Assembly: GCA_965203465.1 (NCBI GenBank)
Contig: CBDBCR010000003.1
Location: 576,001 to 640,000, forward strand
DNA: 64,000 nt
Direction of reading: 5' to 3'
Source of the DNA: Nitrosopumilaceae archaeon
GTDB lineage: Archaea; Thermoproteota; Nitrososphaeria; Nitrososphaerales; Nitrosopumilaceae
The notes under the pieces are model-generated. The model was given only the letters and a program-made list of their open reading frames with translations, had not been told where the DNA came from and did no database searches. Each line of letters starts with the position of its first letter. Position 1 is the stretch's first letter. This document shows, one piece after another, positions 58,933 through 64,000 of the stretch. The position numbers and the translations under genes were made by a program.

Positions 58933-60588
58933 TCACGCCTGGGCCGTCCGGCCCGCTCTTCCCCGTCCGTCCGCGCGGTTGCTCTTGTGGGCGCCGCGCC
59001 CGCCGCCCGCGTCAAATATTAACCCTAGATCGACCTCGAAGCCGGCGGCCGGCACGCGCAGCCGGTGTGCCGAGGCCACCTCCGAGGCGATCTCGCCGAC
59101 TTTTCCCACCGTCCTGTTTTTGGCCACGAGCCGCGCGGCCCTGCCCTCCTGCAGCGCCGGATCGGAAAAGGCGCGCGTGGACGCGGAGGCGCCGAGGGCC
59201 GCAAGCGCCGCCACGGCGGCCGACTTTGCCTCGCTGAAGCCGGCGCCCGCGTGCGCCGAGACGGAGGCCAGCACGAGCCGCTCGCGCACGGGCCGTCCGC
59301 GCTCAAATGCCGCGCCCGTCTCGAATATCCTCTGCGGGTACGGCCTGTGCACGTTGGCCGACAGCGTGGCCGCGAGGCCCGGCAGCAGCGAGCCCCTCAA
59401 AAAGGCGCCGCCCTCCTTGGGGTCGGCCACGCGCAGCAGCCCGCCTGACGAGCCGGGCAGATCGGGTGCGAGGCACGTGTTGAGCACCTCGGTGTACCCG
59501 AGCCCCACCATGGCCAGCGCCGCGCGCTCCAGCATGACGGTCTGCGCGTCCCGGCCGCCCGGCGCCGACCAGGCGGGCATCCGCGGCTCCAGCCTCCAGA
59601 CGCCGTACCCTAGCGCGGCCTCTTCTGCCAGGTCGCGCGAATTGCGCACGTCGAAGCGGTGGCGCGGCACGACGCACGCGATTCTGGAGCCTGCCGCCGA
59701 GGCGTCCAGCCGGGCGCGGCGCAGGCACCGCGCGGCCTCGGCGGCCGATACTTCGACCCCGAGCACCGACGAGATCTCCGCCGCGTCGACGGACAGGCGC
59801 CTGCCGGCCAGCGAGGCGCCGGGCAGGCGTCCGACCTCGAAGCCCGCTCTGCCTAGCGTAAAGGCCACCACGGAGAGCGCGTCCTCGACGCGCGCCTTTT
59901 CGTGCCCGGTCACCTCCACGAACAGCGAGCGCGTGCCCTCGCGCACCGCGGTGCGCTCGGAATTGACGACCGGCGGCAGCGATATTATGCGGCCGTCCGC
60001 GTCGCGCAGCACCGGCACCGGGCCCGCGCCCAGCAGGCCCGAGTATTTGCGGCCCTGCTCGGTGCGGCGCAGCGCCTCGGCCAGGCTCATCTCTTCGGCG
60101 CCCAGCGGCGCGAACCGGGCCGAGCGGCGCGCTGCCTGCTCGTAGGTCAGCGGGAACCTCACCCGGTCCATGTCGTGGATTCCTATGGAAGAGCGGCGCC
60201 TGCCCCTGCCCATCCCCGCGTCCAGATCGTCCTGCATCGAGATAAGCTGCCGTATCATGCGCCCGTCCACGCGCGCCCCGGAAGCGCACGCGCCCACGAT
60301 GACGGGCCTCGCGGCCGGCTTTTTGTTGCGCAGCCGGGCCCGGGCGGCGCGCGGGGCCGCGGCCGCCGGGCCGTCGGCCTCGCCGAGCAGCCCCTCGAGG
60401 CCGGCGGCGATCCCGTACTCTGTCGAATAGTCCGGCCGGTTGGGGCTGTACTCCACCCGCACCGAATCGCCCGACGCGGACTCTATGTCGAGGCCCAAGT
60501 AGGGCAGCGCCTCGACGATGCGGCCGCGCGCGGGCCGGCCCCGGACCTGCGCGCGCAGGCCGGACAGGCTCAGCTCCACTACCGGCAA
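58933..60588 (-). CDS. pheT: Phenylalanyl-tRNA synthetase beta subunit
   Basis: YSPNRPD, SIGIHD, SLPPVVNS, DLAEE, LRGSLLPGL, IFETG. Confidence 0.93.
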   Translation of the reverse strand: MPVVELSLSGLRAQVRGRPARGRIVEALPYLGLDIESASGDSVRVEYSPNRPDYSTEYGIAAGLEGLLGEADGPAAAAPRAARARLRNKKPAARPVIVGACASGARVDGRMIRQLISMQDDLDAGMGRGRRRSSIGIHDMDRVRFPLTYEQAARRSARFAPLGAEEMSLAEALRRTEQGRKYSGLLGAGPVPVLRDADGRIISLPPVVNSERTAVREGTRSLFVEVTGHEKARVEDALSVVAFTLGRAGFEVGRLPGASLAGRRLSVDAAEISSVLGVEVSAAEAARCLRRARLDASAAGSRIACVVPRHRFDVRNSRDLAEEAALGYGVWRLEPRMPAWSAPGGRDAQTVMLERAALAMVGLGYTEVLNTCLAPDLPGSSGGLLRVADPKEGGAFLRGSLLPGLAATLSANVHRPYPQRIFETGAAFERGRPVRERLVLASVSAHAGAGFSEAKSAAVAALAALGASASTRAFSDPALQEGRAARLVAKNRTVGKVGEIASEVASAHRLRVPAAGFEVDLGLIFDAGGGRGAHKSNRADGRGRAGRTAQA

Positions 60589-61937
60589 CGCAGCCACTCC
60601 AGGTCGTTTTCGTAGAACGCGCGCACGTCCGATACGCCCATCTTGAGCATCGCTATGCGCTCTATGCCCCCTCCCCAGGCCAGCACGCCGCCGTCCGAGC
60701 CGAGAGATTCGCGGCGCAGCATCCCCATGCCGAACAGTTCCACCCAGCGGCCCCCGGGGCCGCGCACCATCGCCTGCAGGGACGGCTCGGTGTACGGAAA
60801 GAACGTGGGCCAGAACGTCACCTCGCCTAGGCCCAGCTTTGCGTACAGCTCCGACTGCATCCCCACCAGGTCCCTCAGGCCCAGGCCGGGGGCGCGCACG
60901 AGCCCCTCCACCTGGTGGAACTCGGAGAGGTGCTTGCGGCTGGCCTTTTCGTTGCGGAACACGCGCCCCATCGAAAAAACCCGCACGTCGCCGTCGGACT
61001 CGTCTAGGTGCCTGACCGTCACGCACGTGGTGTGCGTGCGCATGACCATCCTGCGCGAGGGCCCCTCTTTCCACTCGTACCCCCACCCGCGCCGGTGGGC
61101 CTCCGAGACGCGCGCCACCTGGCCGGGCGAGGCCACCGAGCCGAGGCGCGCGCCGGGCCCGTCGAGGAAGAACGTGTCCTGCATCTCGCGCGCCGGGTGA
61201 TCCTGCGGCGTGTACAGCGCGTCAAAGTTCCAAAAGCTGGCCTGCGCCAGATCTCCGCGTATCTCGGAAAACCCCATCGAGACGAGCGCCTCGCGCATCT
61301 CGGCCATCGTCTCCGTAAGCGGGTGCCTCCTCGCGGGAAACGCGACGGGCGCGTCGGCCTCGACGTCGATGGCCCCCTCCACGGACTTTTCCGGCACCGC
61401 GGCGGACGCGGAGAGCGAGAACGTGCGGCGGGATCTCCGGCGTTCGGCCGCGAGGCCGCGTGAGACCAGTACTTGCAGCGCCTTTGTGTCGGCGAGGCCG
61501 GCCGCCATGCCGGTCGTCCCTATCTCGTAGAGAAGCTTTTCGTAGGGCGGCGCGTCATGCCGGCCGGACGCGCGCAGCGTTTTCCCGTCGACGCTTATCC
61601 AGCCGGCCCTGCGCGCGGCCCCCATGGCGACGCCGAACTCGTCGCCCATCGACTCGCGCGCTTGCGCCATGTCGGCGGCGCCGGACAGCACCAGCTCCAG
61701 AAGCCGCCTCTCGGGCAGTTTCGCCTCGAGCGATTCGGCGCCCCTCGGCTCTAGCCGTACGAGCGACTCGGTCTTTTCTTCGGCGTTCACCAGTCTCTTT
61801 CCCAGCAGCCACTCGACGCCGCGGCGCGCCTGGTCTTTGGACACGCCCGCGCGCTCCGCCAAGTCTTCGAGCTCCGCGGGGCCCGAGCCGCGCAGCGCTC
61901 CCACTATCCTCCTCTCTATGTCGTGGAGGACTGCCAA
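60579..61937 (-). CDS. pheS: Phenylalanyl-tRNA synthetase alpha subunit
   Basis: FWNFDAL.TPQDHPAREMQDTF, RTHTT, FRNE, FPYTEPS. Confidence 0.95.
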   Translation of the reverse strand: MAVLHDIERRIVGALRGSGPAELEDLAERAGVSKDQARRGVEWLLGKRLVNAEEKTESLVRLEPRGAESLEAKLPERRLLELVLSGAADMAQARESMGDEFGVAMGAARRAGWISVDGKTLRASGRHDAPPYEKLLYEIGTTGMAAGLADTKALQVLVSRGLAAERRRSRRTFSLSASAAVPEKSVEGAIDVEADAPVAFPARRHPLTETMAEMREALVSMGFSEIRGDLAQASFWNFDALYTPQDHPAREMQDTFFLDGPGARLGSVASPGQVARVSEAHRRGWGYEWKEGPSRRMVMRTHTTCVTVRHLDESDGDVRVFSMGRVFRNEKASRKHLSEFHQVEGLVRAPGLGLRDLVGMQSELYAKLGLGEVTFWPTFFPYTEPSLQAMVRGPGGRWVELFGMGMLRRESLGSDGGVLAWGGGIERIAMLKMGVSDVRAFYENDLEWLRCR

Positions 61938-61990
61938 CGCGGCGGAGCACCCGAAAAGACTTTTTAAACCTTGAGCGGCCCGCGCGGAAA

Positions 61991-63112
61991 ATGCCCGCCG
62001 ATGAGAGCGGCTTTGTCGTGACGCCGTGGCACGTCGAGGGCCGGATAGACTACGACAGGCTTGTGGAAAAGTTCGGCACCGAGAGGATGACCGAGCGGAT
62101 GCGCGAGAGCATACGCGAGGCTGCCGGCGAGGATCATTTCATGCTGCGGCGCGGCGTGTTCTTTTCCCACCGCGACATGGGGCAGATACTCGATTCGCAC
62201 GCGCGCGGCGACGGCTTTTTCCTGTACACCGGGCGCGGCCCCTCCGGGCACACGCACATAGGGCACCTGCTCCCCTGGGTCTTCGCGAAGTGGATCCAGG
62301 ACAGGTTCGGCGCGCGCATGTACTTTCAGCTCACCGACGACGAAAAGTTCTACGCAAAAGAGGGCCTCTCGCTGGAAAAGGCCTCCGAATTCGCCGCCGA
62401 GAACGCGCTCGACTTTGCCGCGCTCGGCTTCGATCCTGGCAGGACGCGCATCATAGTCAACACGCGCGACATCGCCAGGCTGTACCCGGCAGCCGCGCAG
62501 GCGGCCAAAAGGATAAACTTTTCCAACACAAAGGCCACGTTCGGGTTCTCGGGCCAGACCAACATAGGCATGGTGTTCTATACCGCCCTGCAGTCGGCCC
62601 CCTGCTTTCTGGAGGACATGCCGGTGCTCATACCGCTCGGCGTCGACCAGGATCCGCACTTTAGGCTCACGCGCGACGTGGCCCCGCGCATGGGCAGGCC
62701 CAAGCCCTCGCTGATACACAACGTGATGCTGCCGCCGCTAGGCGGCATGGGCGGCAAGATGTCCGCCTCGGATCCCAACGGCACCATATACACCACGGAC
62801 GGGCCCGGGCAGGTGCGCAGGAAGGTGCTAAAGTACGCGTTCTCCGGCGGCAGGGCCGACGCGGCCGAGCACAGGCGCCTCGGGGGGGATCCCGACGTGG
62901 ACGTGTCCTTTCAGTACCTTCGGATGTTCTTCGAGCCCGACGATTCGAGGCTGGAACATATACGCGAGCAGTACTCGTCGGGCAGCATGCTGACCGGCGA
63001 GCTCAAGCAGATACTGGTGGACAAGGCCAACGAGTTCCTCGCCGGGCACCAGGCCAGGCGCGAGCAGGCGCGCGGCAGCATCGGCGACTTCATGTGGGGG
63101 CCGGATGGATGA
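61991..63112 (+). CDS. trpS: Tryptophanyl-tRNA synthetase
   Basis: VTPW, YTGRGPS, HIGH, DQDPHF, KMSAS. Confidence 0.96.
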   Translation: MPADESGFVVTPWHVEGRIDYDRLVEKFGTERMTERMRESIREAAGEDHFMLRRGVFFSHRDMGQILDSHARGDGFFLYTGRGPSGHTHIGHLLPWVFAKWIQDRFGARMYFQLTDDEKFYAKEGLSLEKASEFAAENALDFAALGFDPGRTRIIVNTRDIARLYPAAAQAAKRINFSNTKATFGFSGQTNIGMVFYTALQSAPCFLEDMPVLIPLGVDQDPHFRLTRDVAPRMGRPKPSLIHNVMLPPLGGMGGKMSASDPNGTIYTTDGPGQVRRKVLKYAFSGGRADAAEHRRLGGDPDVDVSFQYLRMFFEPDDSRLEHIREQYSSGSMLTGELKQILVDKANEFLAGHQARREQARGSIGDFMWGPDG

Positions 63113-63387
63113 TCGCGGTGTTCGCCTGCCAGGACAGGTACGAGGCGCAAAAACTCGCGGGCTTGGTGTACGGCGCCGGCCAAAAGACGTACGTAGAGCG
63201 CATACTCAACGTCGTGGGCAGCGAGGTCGTCATGGGCGCCTCGGACATGTCCGCGCACAGCGTCATGATGCTGGATCACGACGAGGCCGAATCGATCGCC
63301 GGGTTCCTGCAGTCGGTGCTCGACGGCGAGCACGCCGTGGAAGGGGCCGAGATCTCGGGCGCGCGCGTGCGGATCTCAAAGTCCTAG
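63109..63387 (+). CDS. Hypothetical protein
   Basis: ATGA overlap with the trpS stop. Confidence 0.7.
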   Translation: MIAVFACQDRYEAQKLAGLVYGAGQKTYVERILNVVGSEVVMGASDMSAHSVMMLDHDEAESIAGFLQSVLDGEHAVEGAEISGARVRISKS

Positions 63388-63698
63388 CCGCTAGCGCGCA
63401 GCTGCTCGAGCACCCGCATAAAGTACACGCCCGTGGTGTACGGCATCCGAGGTATGCTTTCTTCGATGGCGCCTTCGAGGTACCTGACGGCCCGGCGCGA
63501 GACGTCGAGGCGGAACTTCATTGGCAGCACCGGATCCTGCCTCGCCGAGATCAGATCCCGGAGGTGCGCGGGGGCAGAGGCGCGCGCGTCCGAGACCACC
63601 TTTTCGTACCACGGCGCTATCCAGCGCGGCTGCAGCCCCTCCTGCATGACGGCCACGTCCGAGTCCAGCCTTTCGAGCATCCGGTCTATGACGGCCAC
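63384..63698 (-). CDS. Hypothetical protein (start uncertain)
   Basis: Protein-like stretch IDRMLERLD...MPYTTGVYFMRVLEQL downstream of coaD. Confidence 0.6.
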   Translation of the reverse strand: MAVIDRMLERLDSDVAVMQEGLQPRWIAPWYEKVVSDARASAPAHLRDLISARQDPVLPMKFRLDVSRRAVRYLEGAIEESIPRMPYTTGVYFMRVLEQLRASG

Positions 63699-63721
63699 GG
63701 CCCGGATCGCCGCGTCCGTAT

Positions 63722-64000
63722 TTAGGCGGGCGGGCCGCCGTCTGCCGAGATCTCGCCGCGCCGCACGCGCGTGCCCGATATGCGCGCGCCGTCGTGGGCG
63801 CGCGCCATCGGCACCACCACCGTCTCGACCGGCCCCAGCCCGAGCCGGGCGCGCAGACGGTTGAGCCGCTCGCCGGCCCCGGCGGTCTCCTCGCTTACCA
63901 CCAGCGCATCGACGCGCGGGCTCAGCGCCGCCGGCCCGAATTCGTCGTCCAGCCGGGCTATCTCCCACGAGCCGCCCAGCCTCCCGAGCAGCGCCCCGAG
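63722..64000 (-). CDS. coaD: Phosphopantetheine adenylyltransferase, 3' part (5'-truncated by the window edge)
   Basis: Manual translation LDDEFGPA...DALVVSEET...LNRLR...DGARISGTRVRRGEI*. Confidence 0.88.
   Translation of the reverse strand, partial: LGALLGRLGGSWEIARLDDEFGPAALSPRVDALVVSEETAGAGERLNRLRARLGLGPVETVVVPMARAHDGARISGTRVRRGEISADGGPPA

Noticed and set aside
58800-58990. Possible structured ncRNA between dps and pheT (CCCCGGCC...GGCCGGGG)
   Set aside because: No SRP, C/D or riboswitch motif recognised; such pairing is expected by chance at this GC content. An Infernal/Rfam search would be needed.

Overview
High-GC archaeal chromosome segment from a Nitrosopumilaceae-type thaumarchaeon (Nitrososphaerota). 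The lineage call rests on unsplit rpoA and rpoB, PEFG-CTERM proteins, an archaeal RNase P RNA and an intron-containing tRNA. The serpin, giant repeat surface proteins and decayed IS/TA modules suggest a host-associated (e.g. sponge-symbiont, Cenarchaeum-like) lifestyle, which is inference. The backbone is housekeeping: larB-mdh, larC-larE-iscS, rpoH-B-A, rpl30e-nusA-rps12-rps7, two tRNAs, rnpB, GGR, dys, HMG-CoA synthase, bioD, trkH, purP, ubiX, tatA, dps, pheST, trpS and coaD. The best candidate for a novel system is a divergent locus at 26-36.5 kb. A 2341-aa repeat surface protein has a G16 tract between its TATA box and start codon. It sits back-to-back with an 893-aa double-nucleotidyltransferase/coiled-coil protein that carries an in-frame C15 tract, and an IS66 relic lies between them. 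This looks like an archaeal phase-variation (contingency) locus for surface structures. Other accessory items are an HNH nuclease inserted into the RNAP-ribosomal operon next to a 40-bp duplication of the rpoA 3' end, a RelBE module with a disabled toxin, a HEPN/MNT-like module, a secreted serpin, and a 45-aa ORF missing from the ORF track. All functional calls are from motif recognition by eye; no database searches were run.
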